A stretch of DNA of 51,274 nucleotides, filler included, from Streblomastix strix (Eukaryota), in assembly GCA_008636045.1 (NCBI GenBank). It is 3 parts of 3 records of this genome, joined end to end, with 100 filler letters (N's around TTAATTAATTAA, not from the genome) between each part and the next. Parts side by side here need not be neighbours in the genome. Positions count along the whole stretch, not along the records: positions 17,132 to 34,155 come from SNRW01000737.1; positions 34,256 to 51,274 come from SNRW01000738.1; 1 more part is not named here. The stretch is one strand, 5' to 3'. The notes beneath the pieces were generated by a model that ran no database searches, was not told the origin of the DNA, and saw nothing but the letters and a program-made list of their open reading frames with translations. Position numbers and translations under genes: made by a program. Shown here piece by piece: positions 26,497 through 39,565 of the stretch (its first letter is position 1; every line of letters begins with the position of its first letter).

Positions 26497-28761
26497 TCAT
26501 TAAATTTAAACTTTCTCTTTAAGTGAATTGAACCACTCATGATCAAGTGCTTAAGCAGAGCTGATTCTATCTGAAGGAGAAGGAGTAAGCATTCTTCCCA
26601 ATAATCTAACTGCATCATAAGTTATTCCTCTTAACCAATAAGGAATATCACACTCAGATTAAGGGATGTGACCAGATATTAGTTGTGTGATATTATGAAT
26701 TTAAACAACCTAATTCTTTGCTGTATGTCCAAAAAACATATAATAAAGCAATATCCCCAAAGACCACACATCTTATTTCAGAATATCTTCCTCTGATTAT
26801 TCTTCTTCGATCTTATTTTCTTTAGAGTTCATAGATAGAAGCTCAGGTGAGATATAATCTGGGGTTCCACATAAAGTTTAACTTTCCATTCCAATAAATG
26901 GTATTAATTCTGGTGAGACTTCATCATGTTACTCATTATTGAACACATAATCAGAATTGTGCTGTGATAAATGAAGTGAAACAATTCGCGAAAATCCAAA
27001 GTCGGACAAAATGGGGATTAATTCCTAATGTTTTCTCAAATTTTCATTATAAAATATAACAGATCCATTTAACACAGTTATTCCCTTTAAATTGATTTGT
27101 GATTTCTTGTTTTTTGACTTTGTATATAAACTTTAAATTGGTGTAGTTTTATCATTTTAATCTGGAATACTTTTATTCAATTAATCAATATTCTGTATAT
27201 CCTTCAATTATTTATTTGTTTGATTGATTACAATTGGATTGAAAGTGATTTAATATTATTCTTATTGTTTCAGATCTTCATCCAATCTTCTTCTCTTCCT
27301 TTAAATTTCTTCTTCTGAATCGATTTCATTCTGATCTAATTGTATCTCATCTCTCTTTCTTTTTAATGGGGACTTAATATTCGGAGGTTTCATCAATGAA
27401 AATGAATCTAAGTCATTAGTTTATGAAGGAAGAAGAGAAAAGGGACTAAATTAATATGGAACTAATTTATCAGTTGCTGTTAACGGTGTAATGTGTTTGG
27501 TTTCAAAGCTGACTGTACGAATAATACTGGATTGGCTGTTGAGAATATATTTATTGATATTATCAGATAAGTTTCCTTATTTCAATAAAATGTTGTCAGG
27601 CTTAATATCACTAAAATGATATTTGAATGAAATAAATATCTATAAAAAAAGTAAAAGTTCACACCGATGTATAACTCCCTTTTTATGTATGAATGCAACT
27701 GCAGATAAAATCTAGTAAAATATCGCTTTAATAATTAATTCAACCTCTGATGGCTCGGAAATAAACAATTTCTTAATATAATCAAGATCTTATTCCTTCT
27801 TTGATTCATTATCTGATATATTTGTATCATCTTCAGAAACAGAAGGAACTGATCCAAGAAGATTACAAAGATCAAGAAGATCCCCACAGTTAGCACTGAA
27901 TAACAAATTAATAATTGATATGTTAGAAAATAAGATAAAACTAATCATCAAACTATTCCATAATAATATAAGTATATTTCTCTCCAATTAATCTTTGAAT
28001 CATATGAATAACATTATGATGATTCCCAATATATTGCATAATAATATCAAATTCTCTAGACTGTTATTATATCATCATATTACTCTTATCATCATCTTAT
28101 TCACTCTATCCTTTCATTTATATTATTTTAGCTGCATATTATTGGCCTTCAACTTTGTCCCATACTTATTCAACATGTGAGAATGACCCTGATCCTATCA
28201 TGTACAGCGCTTAATATCAGTTGGTAAATATATTATCATATGTCTGTGACATTCCTTTCTCTTTAAATGAATGAAATACATAAATAATCTATTTGGTTCC
28301 TAAAAAAATATGAGTAAAAATATAATTTTATCAGATAAATAATTCAATAAAATTGATATAAAAAAAGCCATACTTTATTTCTGAGAATTTGTCAATTCTA
28401 TAACATCGCCATCATTAAGATTACGTTTGTTTCCCTTTCCTATTTTGAACGAATTCAAAAATGTTCCATTAGTACTAGAAAAGTGAAAAATAGTAATAAA
28501 AAAAATAAAACTTGTTGAAAATAACCTTTTATCTTCTACAAATGCTTAATTGTCGTTCTGATAAATAGAGCAATGAGTACTGCTAATGAATTTTTCATCG
28601 ATTTATATGTCGGAATTTTTATCACGGCCAATGTTATAGCATTTATTTGTAAGAATTATGTCATTTAATTTACCCCAAGCTGTAATATCGGTTATTTCAC
28701 GCTACGTCTCATGAAATAAGTCTTAAGTATCTTAATAAGTACATGAAAGATCTAAATCCAT
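26497..28761 (-). CDS. FHA-domain Ser/Thr kinase (Chk2/Rad53/Mek1-like) with one in-frame TGA
   Basis: FHA motifs IGR...ISSTHC...D.STNGTFLN. Kinase motifs IGSGSFSHV, YAAK, MEYANCGDL, IHRDIKPDNIL, SDFG, CGTPDYISPE, DVWSLG, ALDHEWF. In-frame TGA at 28217-28219. Confidence 0.9.
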
Positions 28762-29164
28762 AATATTTCTCAAAATTTTGTATTCTATTATCAATAAGAA
28801 ACAGGAAATAAGTAAAATAAAAACTGTCTATTATGTTCATTGCAAACAAATTAAAATTGTTCAATAGGAATCAGTTTAAAGTTAAAATTAATGTTTATTT
28901 AAAAATAATTAAAATATATAGATATTATTTAATAATACGTGCGAAAAATTGATTTTCGCCCAAACTCACTAACAGTAGTTTGATAGCTTGATGTATTATA
29001 TAATAAAGCATATTTAAAATGTTTAATCATATTTTTACTTATTTTATAACAAACGTTACGGAAATTGAAGTGTATTCTCGGAACATGTGAAATGTGTGAA
29101 TTGAGTGAAGTAAATTAAGTAAGAATAATGTTAAAATTAATGGAATGATGAATCCGAACTGAAA

Positions 29165-30406
29165 TCAAGAAAAATCGACTGCGAATTGGTATCTCTCACC
29201 AGAGAAATTGTCCGTTGTATTTGTATTTAGGTCACAAACATCCTTCATCGACTGTTTAACCTTCTACTCAAACTCCTGTTTCTGTTTCATTTCGAGTTTC
29301 TATTTCTTCATTTGTAGTTTATTTATTTTCTACTGATCGTGTGTACACTATTTCTTCAGCTATTGTTCATACTCCCTCTACTTTCTTTCTTTCCAAACTT
29401 AAACTGCCATTTAAATTGGATGTTCATCTGTTTATGAGGCAGGTAATGAAGAATGATTTATTATCTCATTATCATCAACATTATCATTCAAATCTAATCC
29501 AAGATTTACTTTTCTATCTTCATTCTCAAGTAATCTTCCTTCTTCTTATATTTCAGTTGTTTATTGTAATTTCTTCTTCATATAGTCTTTTTCTTTCTTA
29601 ATTGTTAGTCTTGTTCTAACAATGCATTATACAATTACAAATGGAAGAGAACTAATAAGAGCAAAGCACAAATCAAGTTATACAACTGATAAATTTCCAC
29701 TTTAGGCTGTTATCTTCTATGCCAATGATAGATCAGGTTGTCTTATAATGAAAAAGATTGTACAATCAATAGCTGCTAGAATATCTGATATAATCTCACC
29801 AATGATTCCATCTCCTTTTACATCACACAAGAATTGTGTTACATATCTTGTTAATATACTTGAAATTGTGAATGCTGGGAAGTATATGAATATGTGCATT
29901 ATGAAGAATGCTGAAGACCATCTTAATCGTAAATCTGAACTCACCTTATCAAAGTCAGTGAAGGAATACAAGGAAGTTGCAATAATAGAGAATAAATACA
30001 CTACAAGATATAGAAAGTGTGTGATTCGATGCTTAGATATTAAAGATCCAAATAATCCCTTTTCTGCCCCTAGAATATAGATCATTGATATAGCTTGTGT
30101 TAGTAAGACAGCTATATATGTCTAAATATAAAGAATAAATAATTATAATACAAAATAAAGAAAAATACCACTGAAATAGCTATTTATTTAGGCATTTGAA
30201 TGAACCCGTAGGTCAGAATGATGTAAATTAATGATGAAGCCTAATATATAAACAACAAAATACAATAAAATACTATTCAAAAATTAAAATAATACCAGAA
30301 ACGATAAAACAACTAAAAAGAACATGCGTAGTACTTTGCCCCGAACAGAAGTAACACCAATTTTCTATATTTCGGATTAATTTCCGGTAATAGTAACTTG
30401 TTGCAT
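29165..30406 (-). CDS. Multi-pass membrane protein, hypothetical
   Basis: ATG 30406, two short introns, about 6-7 hydrophobic segments (includes track ORF 29717-30085), a charged tail and TGA 29165-29167. Confidence 0.75.
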
Positions 30407-30757
30407 ATTTATTCTGCAATAATATTAAAAAAATAATGAGTGGTAAGGGAAAAAAAATGTGATTTAAAAAAAATAAAAATTATCTTGTGGAATATAGCGC
30501 CATCACTGATATATAGTGACCACCCTTAATACCCACGGTTATGATAGTATGTGTAAAGTACAAAATAAATATTTAAAATTGAAAATGTGAGCTGAGTTGT
30601 GTGGTATCTTTTGAAACATGGTTTGGTTTGATTATGGTCTATGAAGGAAACTTTTTCTATTCTTTATATAGATTAATTATTGAATTGAAATATATGCGAA
30701 TGATATTATTATATTAATATTAACATAAATATGTATAAATATTAAACAATAAATGAA

Positions 30758-31158
30758 TCAATCTAGTCCTGCTAATTCTAAAGCCAAAGCAATCGCACTT
30801 TCATCATCCAGGTTTGCAACATCAGTTTCTGCTAGCCTGCCTACTACTCTCCCTATTGCATCCTTCGCCTCCTCCAATTTATCCTTTTCCATTACTCCTT
30901 TCTCACCAATATCCATCTCCTTCCCTTCAATATCACCTCCACCCTCCAATTCAGCCAACTTCTTTCTTGCCATTGCAACAACCTCTGCTGGAAAACCTGC
31001 CATCTCTGCAACATGGATACCAAATGATCTCTCACATGGACCAGGCTCTATCTTGAATAGGAATGTTAATGTATCCTCTCCTTATAACACTGATACATGA
31101 CAATTACTCACACTTCCAACTTCATCTGCTAATGCTGTAACTTCTGAGTTAGTAATAG

Positions 31159-31213
<55 letters not shown>

Positions 31214-33969
31214 TAGATAATAATTATATTAATAAATTAATTAATAATAATAAACCATGGAAGTGAGTAGCGAATAGTGTTGGACATCCAATATTTATAG
31301 CAATATGCTCAGCAATTGCCCAGGCTAGTCCAAATCCATCATAAGTAGAAGTCCCTCTTCCAAGTTCATCAACAATAACCAATGAATCTTCAGTTGCACC
31401 TCCTCCAGAATCACTCAATTAATCAGACTATCTCTCACCACTGCCAACAATAGCAGCTGTATCCAACATTTCAGCCATAAATGTGGATATTCCTCCCCAA
31501 AGTGCATCTCCTGCTCCAACTCTGGCCATAATCCTCGATCTTATGGATATCAATGCTGCATCACATGGGACAAATGATCCTGCTTATGCCATTAATACAG
31601 ATACACCTACACTACGAATGAAAGTGGACTTACCTCCCATATTGGGACCTGTTACTATTACAAATGAAGGAGCTTTACGTGTTTTACTTCCTTTAATTAA
31701 TTTCTCTCTACGATGTAAATTCTATTATATATTACTATTACTAGATGATGATGATGAAGATGATGATGAAGTGTTATTATTAAGTAAGAATTAATCAGTA
31801 TCATCAATATCAAATGAAGTGTTTAATTATTATTTATTATCTTCATCTTCCCAACCTCTCCATTTACCACTTTCTTATATACTATCATTTGGAATGAAGT
31901 TAACTCCTTCCTATACTTCTAAACATGGATGTCTAACTCCTCTAAGTACAATCATACCATTCAATGATTCATCATAATCAATGTTATCTTATTATTATTA
32001 TTATTATTATTCTTTATCTTTACTCATATCTTAATCCTCATCTTTATCCATTTATTTATATTTCTAACCTAATTTCTATTTGGATGCAAATTCCTTCCCT
32101 AATGCCATCCTTGGACGAACAAATGGAACAGGAGCAGAAACAGCAACTTATGCAAATGAAGTGAGAACATCCAATACTGAAAGAATCTGAGATAATTCTT
32201 CCATTGCACCTGTGTATGATGCTATAATATCAAGTGCCTTACCTTCAAGTGTCTTCTGCTTCTTACTGTATTCATCTTCTAAGATCCGATGCTGATCTGA
32301 AGCTGCTCTTAATCCAACTGTTGTGAATCTGACTCCATCTTTCCTTGTTTCTAACAGAATATAACTCACTCCAGAATTGACACTCTTTGATCCTTTAGCT
32401 CCAACACTTGAACTGTTGTTACGTATCAACTTCTCATCCTTACGACTCAATCTCATATAATATCCTAATATACTATTCTATTCTAATTTCAATCTCTCTC
32501 CTTATTATTTAGCTCCTTTTCCTCCTCTTGATCCTTTCCCTTTACGATTACTATCAGAATCATTGAATAGATTACGACGAACTCCATTGACTATATTATT
32601 TATAGACTATTCTACATCTTATTGTTGTTATGCAAGATCTTACAATTACTTATCAAACTATGGTTTAATCATATATGAATGCTCTCTCTCAGCGCGTTCA
32701 ACATCAATAACTACATCAACTAACTTAATGAAGTTGGTGAAGTCAGAGTAAATAGTAGTAAGAGGTCTAATGAAATGCTCATCTAATATTTATTATGCCC
32801 AATCTGCATCTTTTAATTCATCTTTGTCCATTTATTTATCTTCTTATTAATTCATTTCAGATTCTTCTCCAAAATCTATTCCTTCCTTCCATTAATCTTT
32901 ATTGTATATTTAAGGTCCAATTGCATGAGTAAGCTCCTGCATAACTTTACAGAGCTAAGGTAATCTCTACACTGAAAGGAACAGATTAACTGCATCTTAT
33001 AATGACCCTCTATTTCTGCTGAATCTTAAGGCAATCTTTTCAATGTCTCCCATAAATCTCATATTCTGGTCTTATATTGTCGATCTCAATTATGTATTAC
33101 GGGTGAATATCTCCACAATATCATGTCTCTCTTCTAATATATTCATAGATTAATAAATAAATAAATAAATATATAAATATATAAATATATAATTAATATT
33201 TATATATACATATTTCTTTTAGAGAAGCAGATGGTTATCTGAGCCATTCACGAAGCCTTCTTTCACCCATTGTTGTTCTACATTTATTAAGAAGACCAAA
33301 TAAAGTTGTTGTTTTTGGTCCTTCAACTCCAGATTCAAAAACACCCAATGCAAACATTGCAGATGCATCTAATAACATGTGTGATCCTGTATCTATAATC
33401 TATAATTCATAGAGATAGTTGATGTTGTCAGCTTTAATATTGTACTTGGTTAATATATGCTGCAATGCATGAAGTGCTACAGTCCATTCAGCAACAGCTA
33501 TATCAACATAATATAAATGAATAAAATAGAAAATGAATTTATTAAATAAAATAATAATATTTGCTTTCTTAGGCATTAACCTTAACAATTCTCTCCACCA
33601 ACAAGCTTACATAATTCATCAAATGTTTCCTTAAATTTAACTTAGGCTAAAAAATTCAAAATTAATTTTTTAATAAAAGAAAAAATAATAAAAACCTTTT
33701 GGAACTTCCTAAGCAATAAGATCACAACGAGTGAGAATCTGTTTGATCTTTTGAGTATCATAATCATTTCCTCCTTACATGAGTACATTCCTATTTCCAG
33801 AAAAGTTCTGCAATAGAGCAGCTTCTAGATCTCTGTGACCTTAACTTTAGATTAGAGATATAATATGCCGATCTCGATCTATCCAACAAAGACCGATTGT
33901 TCTACGTGGAAGTGGCTCCCAAGCAATAGCCATCAAGCGCACAGGGCGGTCAGATTCATCGATCATTAT
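30758..33969 (-). CDS. MSH2: DNA mismatch repair protein MSH2, 5'-truncated at contig end
   Basis: [95 protein letters not shown] 30758-30760. Confidence 0.96.
31161..31211. repeat. (AT)n microsatellite in last MSH2 intron
   Basis: About 25 AT units. Confidence 0.95.
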
Positions 33970-34155
33970 CTGAAATAAATAAAATAGAAAAATAATTAAT
34001 TTGAAGGAAAAAAATCACAAAATAAAAAAAATCATAAAGAAAAATAAATGGATAAAGATGAGGATTAAGATATGAGTAAAGATAAAGAATAATAATAATA
34101 ATAATAATAAGATAACATTGATTATGATGAATCATTGAATGGTATGATTGTACTT

Positions 34156-34255
34156 NNNNNNNNNNNNNNNNNNNNNNNNNNNNNNNNNNNNNNNNNNNNT
34201 TAATTAATTAANNNNNNNNNNNNNNNNNNNNNNNNNNNNNNNNNNNNNNNNNNNN
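34156..34255. other. Artificial contig linker (N-run / TTAATTAATTAA / N-run)
   Basis: Same spacer as 17032-17130, with the 12-mer at 34200-34211. Confidence 0.97.
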
Positions 34256-34365
34256 TTGGGATAATAAACAATTTCAAGGATCAACCCTCAATTTCCGAAC
34301 ACTCTACTGAAGATTTTTATAATTTAATAAATATTTTATGAATAAAAGAATGACTATTTGTTTTA

Positions 34366-35409
34366 ATTGTCCTAATGGTCATTATTCTATTCATTATCAG
34401 ATTCTTACCCAGGAATGAATATCACAGGCATTATATCTTTACCTTATTGTGATAATGCAAAAGTGACTTATTATGATCCAACATTCTTCAGTTATGCATC
34501 TACCTATCTTTTCTCTCCATAGAATAATGAACCAAAGTTAATCATAGTCAATGGAATATCAGGAGCTGTTGGTATTATAAACTCAACATGCTATTGTACT
34601 ATATTAGCATGAATGTTAATTACATGATTGGGTGAAGTAGTATCACATGATATATCAATTGAAGTGTTAAGTTCACCCACTAATCTTGGAGCTGTAAGTT
34701 CAATTCTCATTCTTATAGCTGATTATTTCCCATGACCAGCTCCAGGAAGTAATTGATGTTGATTACTTTATAGAGTATTAGATAATATACCTTTCTTATT
34801 TGTTCCTGCTGTCTTCCAATTGGGTGGTTATAGTTTGCCAGATGATTATAGTGTATTGTTATCTGAATCTGAACTCTCCATAAAATCAAGAAGTTATTTT
34901 CCTTCTTCATCTAATGGATATATGACTCCATTTGTTGGCATTGCTTATAATGGACTATTGGCTGGATAATTGACTGTAAAATCGCCATGTCTTGTACCAA
35001 TATTCCAGATTCTGATGTATTTGGCTGTTACAGAACCTGCACTCACTGGACCAAAGTCTATTTCATTATCAAACCAAATATCTGCGATTGGTGGAGTTGC
35101 CAGAAGAATGAGTGTTTGTTCGTTTGGATTACATGAAATGGCTGAGACGGTTTCTTCTGAGTGAAATGTAAGGGAATCCTCAAATGATCTTTCAATTGAA
35201 CACATGAAAGTGATTGTAGTCTTGTAGGAGAGTCCAGGTGAGATGGAAAACGATAAACTCTTATCAATCTAAAATTCGATATTTTCTGGACGCCCTACCC
35301 AGACCTTCTGAGGGTGATTCGTTATGTTAAAGATTGTTACTGTCTATTAGTACTTCTATCCACGTTATATATCCTTGAAATGGATCTTGCTAGGCTCGAA
35401 TTTGAACAT
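34366..35409 (-). CDS. CFAP47: Cilia- and flagella-associated protein 47-like (ASH/Ig-like domains), N-terminal part, 3'-truncated
   Basis: MFKFEPSKIHFKD...VTIFN...ISPGL...IDFGPV...IWNIG..HGDF...IHANIVQQHVE...INFGSLFYGE..LKN follows the order of CFAP47 N-terminal motifs as I recall them. Confidence 0.7.
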
Positions 35410-35985
35410 TTTCTATAAAAAAGAGTGAAATTTGAAAGAATAAAATGATTAATTTAATTTATTTATAGAATATATGATTGGATATAAAATAAATTATTAG
35501 TTTTATTTGTAATTAAATTAACATATATATCGTGGTTTGTGCAGCATGTTCATTAAATAAGAAATTTGAATTTTCTCCTGTTAAATTGTAAGTAATTTAA
35601 AGTAATTATTTGTTTTTGATACTTATTTATATAATGTATAATTTATAAAGGAAAATAACAAAAATTTATTATGATATACTAAGATTATCGAGAAAAATTA
35701 AAATATTCATTTGTTCTAGTAAGATTTTATGGGTTAGTATAATTTAATGAGTCATTAATAAGAAATTACCAAAGAATGTATAAAATTAAACCTTATAAAT
35801 GCCTAAAAAGCAAACAGGACGATAAACAATTTCAAGGATCAACCCTCAATTTCCGAACACTCTACTGAAGATTTTTATAATTTAATAAATATTTTATGAA
35901 TAAAAGAATGACTATTTGTTTTAATATCACAATTATTATTTTTTTATTTCTTTTTTCATTTATAAAAATTTTGTTAATTTTTAAC

Positions 35986-38784
35986 TCAATTTTATGATTA
36001 AATTTTCTTATTTTTCTACCAAGGTGTTGGTATTGGTAATGATATTTCAGATTCATTATCAATATTTTTTAATTTATTCTATTAATCTTTTTAATCGTTA
36101 AATTTGATTCTTTTGTTGATACTTAGTGATTAACCAATTAGAGATTGAAAAAGATTAAAAAACTTTAAATCTCCACGTGCAATTCTCTAAGAATAAGAGT
36201 AAAAAGAAGAAAGAGGTTTTGCAGTCTAAGGTCTATCAGGGTTATTCGTTTTTATATTGAAGGGTTTGTTCTTAAGTAACTTCTGCTATAAATACTCGCT
36301 GATTCCATCTTAACCTTCTTCAAATGAAGTTCTTTTAAGTTCCATATGTTTATTTTTTGATTATTCCTAATTAATGAGATTGTCTAAAAAATTTTATTCA
36401 TCTGAATTCTTCATTTATTTCTTAGAATTATGCTTCTTCAAATCTGGATATTGATCAGATTGAATCTACAAACCATTATGAGTAATAAAAGTTGGTGATG
36501 ACATCTGTTAAGGTTATGGAGATGTAAAAATTGGTATTTTATAATTATCAAATTAATGAAATTTATTTGGCATTTAATTATCTAAGGATGTTGCACTGCG
36601 ATCAGGAAGGTATGGAATAATTTTATGAGCTGTTATTGACAAATCAAATTGTTAATCTAACTTTTATGGTGACTCATTACCTCTTTCAATTGCTTCATTT
36701 TCATTTTATTTTAATAATATAAGTTCTATATCATTTTTATTAGGGTAAATATTTTCTTCAATTTTATTAAACAATGAATTTTTTCTCTTTCTTTACAATT
36801 TATCTTTTAAAAGAATATTATTTTATTCATTCTTATTGAATTAGACTCCAATTTCATTTGGTATATTATGTAAATATTAAACTGAATTATTCAAACCATC
36901 AGGAATTGTAGGACGAGTTATAGCAGGAAGAACATGGGAAGTTTTATTCTATTATAAACCAAAATATTTTAATGAGTCCAAAGCTGACTATGGATGATTA
37001 TTATTAACTCTAGACCTCTAAAAGGATATAGTACTCGGACTTATTCGCATAATTGAAGTTGAAAGTGAAACAGATTTGTTAATAATTGGATTGGAAATTT
37101 TCTTATAAGATTTTTGTAAATATTATTATTTCTTCATATTTATGAAATTTTTGCCTTTACTTGAATCTGTTCTTAAATAATAACTTTTTTAGAAGTTATT
37201 TTTTATTGCTGCACCTTAATTCATTTATTATTAGTGGAATTGATGATTATCAAACGTTTTATTAGGTTATGCTGATTAAGGTCTTTTATTCTTAATTTCA
37301 TTTTTATTTTATTGATTCTTATTTTATTTATCTTTTGCAGTTTATGGCCGAATCTTTTATATCTAAGTTTTTGTTTCTATCCTACTAAATTATTGCCCTT
37401 ACTCTTTTTATTATTTATCCTTTATGTTGTAATTCCGATTTTCTTGATTTTCTGATGTTTGTTTCTTTTCATTCAATTAAGCTAAGTCCATTTCCCACTA
37501 ATTATCACTTTTATCATCTTCATCATCTTTTATAGAAACTTGATCAAATTCGTTCCTTTAAAGATCCAAGTTGTTTATGTGATTTTAATTTAAAGAAATT
37601 TATTATATTTATTCTTATGGCATTTGTTCATCTTTATTATTCAAGTTATTTGAATTTAATATTGATAGATTTTAAGTTTAAATATCCTCTTTTATTTATT
37701 CAAATGAATTAATTTATATTTATTAACCTTATTATTTAAATGATTCTGGAGAAGAATCTTACAAGGGTTGATATACTATCTTTCTTTATCGTTGTTATTA
37801 CTATATATATTCCAACCCATTTCCTAAAACAGCTAATTATTCAGACCATGAACTAGTATTATGTTATGGTATATAATACTAAGCAGAAGATGTTGATGCA
37901 AGAGCAGAATGTGGTCGTGATCTTAATATTAGATTGGATTTGAAATAGGCAGGTTGTATTATTTTCTTTAGTCATTAAATCTCTTTATTTTATGTATTAT
38001 CAAAAACCAGAAAGTTATTCTTTAATGATTGGTTTTTATTATCAGTTTCAAGATTTATTTCTTATTCATTTAAATCATTTACAATAGTATCATTACCTTA
38101 AATATCTGACTTTTATTCTTATTCATTATCTTATTCTTCATTTGCTGATTATCTTTCCAATATTGGACCCCAATCCCATTTTCTATTCTTGCCTGAAATG
38201 TTAATGACACGACGAATATGTGATAGAGGATTATTATAAATTGTTGATATGGGCTTACGAGTCTGTAAAAAATATTAAAAGTTTTAAATAAAATTGATTA
38301 ATAAAATATTTTAATCCGAAAAAAACAATAAACAAATAAAAATTAAATGAAGCATATTCAATAAAAAAATTTATACTAATAAAAAATAAGCATATAATAT
38401 ATATACCTCCACTTCGCGTAATAAGATATGAAGTGGGTTGAAAAGAGGTTAAGGAGTGGGTGTTACTCTAATCATATGAGGAGTTGACACAGAATCTGGT
38501 AATTATTTATCAACTTCAAAATCAATTATTGAATTTTAATTTGATATATTTTTTGATTTTGTTTTTGATTTATTTTTGTTTTTCTTTATTTTAATATTTT
38601 TCTTAAATGATGAATTCTTTCCTTAATTAAATGTTATATATTAAGATGATATTGATGATGGCAGAAATAGTTATTTCTATTGGATCCATTCAATATTTTC
38701 ATTTTCTTATTAATAAAAATTACGACTTTCGCTATTATCACTACTATCATCCACATAATTTAATATTGATTAAGATAATTGCAT
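35986..38784 (-). CDS. Large low-complexity (N/Q/K/S-rich) hypothetical protein with one in-frame TGA
   Basis: ATG 38784 and an intron of about 38263-38407. In-frame TGA at 37972-37974, then about 660 open codons with repeated RPQTA/RPQSA/RPHSA motifs to TGA 35986-35988. Confidence 0.75.
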
Positions 38785-39565
38785 TTTTATGTTATAAGCT
38801 AATGTGAATAAAAATAATAAATAAAAATTAGATTAAAATTGGTAAATATTCCTAAAAAAATAAATTTTTCGTTATTTTTCTATAATCAACAGTTCGTATA
38901 AAGTTATGGTTTCATATACGATGATATATGCTTGTTTTATTCGCATTTTCAGAAAATTTTTAATAGTAAATAATAATAAATTGAAAAGAAAAAAGAAAAA
39001 CCGTTGAAAATAAAAAAATTGAAAAATAATATTTTATGAACCGCAAACAAATATAAAAAAAATACGATATTATGATAATAATAAAGGTTATCTTTTATTT
39101 TTGACCAACAAACATCAATTATAAGCCCTTTATACATGGAGAGATGGATTTATTCAAAAAATCAATAAATCGCGTCAGTTAATAAATTATGAAGTAAAAC
39201 ATTATTAAATTAAAGAAATTGTTAAGATATGAATAATATAACAGAAATTTTTGAATGTAATATTGGTCAGAAATATGATAGAAACCATCTTCTTATTTAT
39301 ATTCCAGGATCTATCCAGTCACATCTCTATCTGAGTGTATGAATACTCTTAATGTATAAAATAAGAGTTAGAACAGAGAGTTTTTGATATACATCTCATT
39401 TTTTAGAGATAGAGTTTTCCAATAAAAACAAATCGTAATTCATTATCATTATATACAGATATTATTTATAAAGTGTTAAAAGTAGTGAAACAAAATCTAT
39501 AAGAAATAAATTGGCACAAAAAATATTTAATCAGTTTTCCTATTATTATTTTCCTAGCAATTCAT

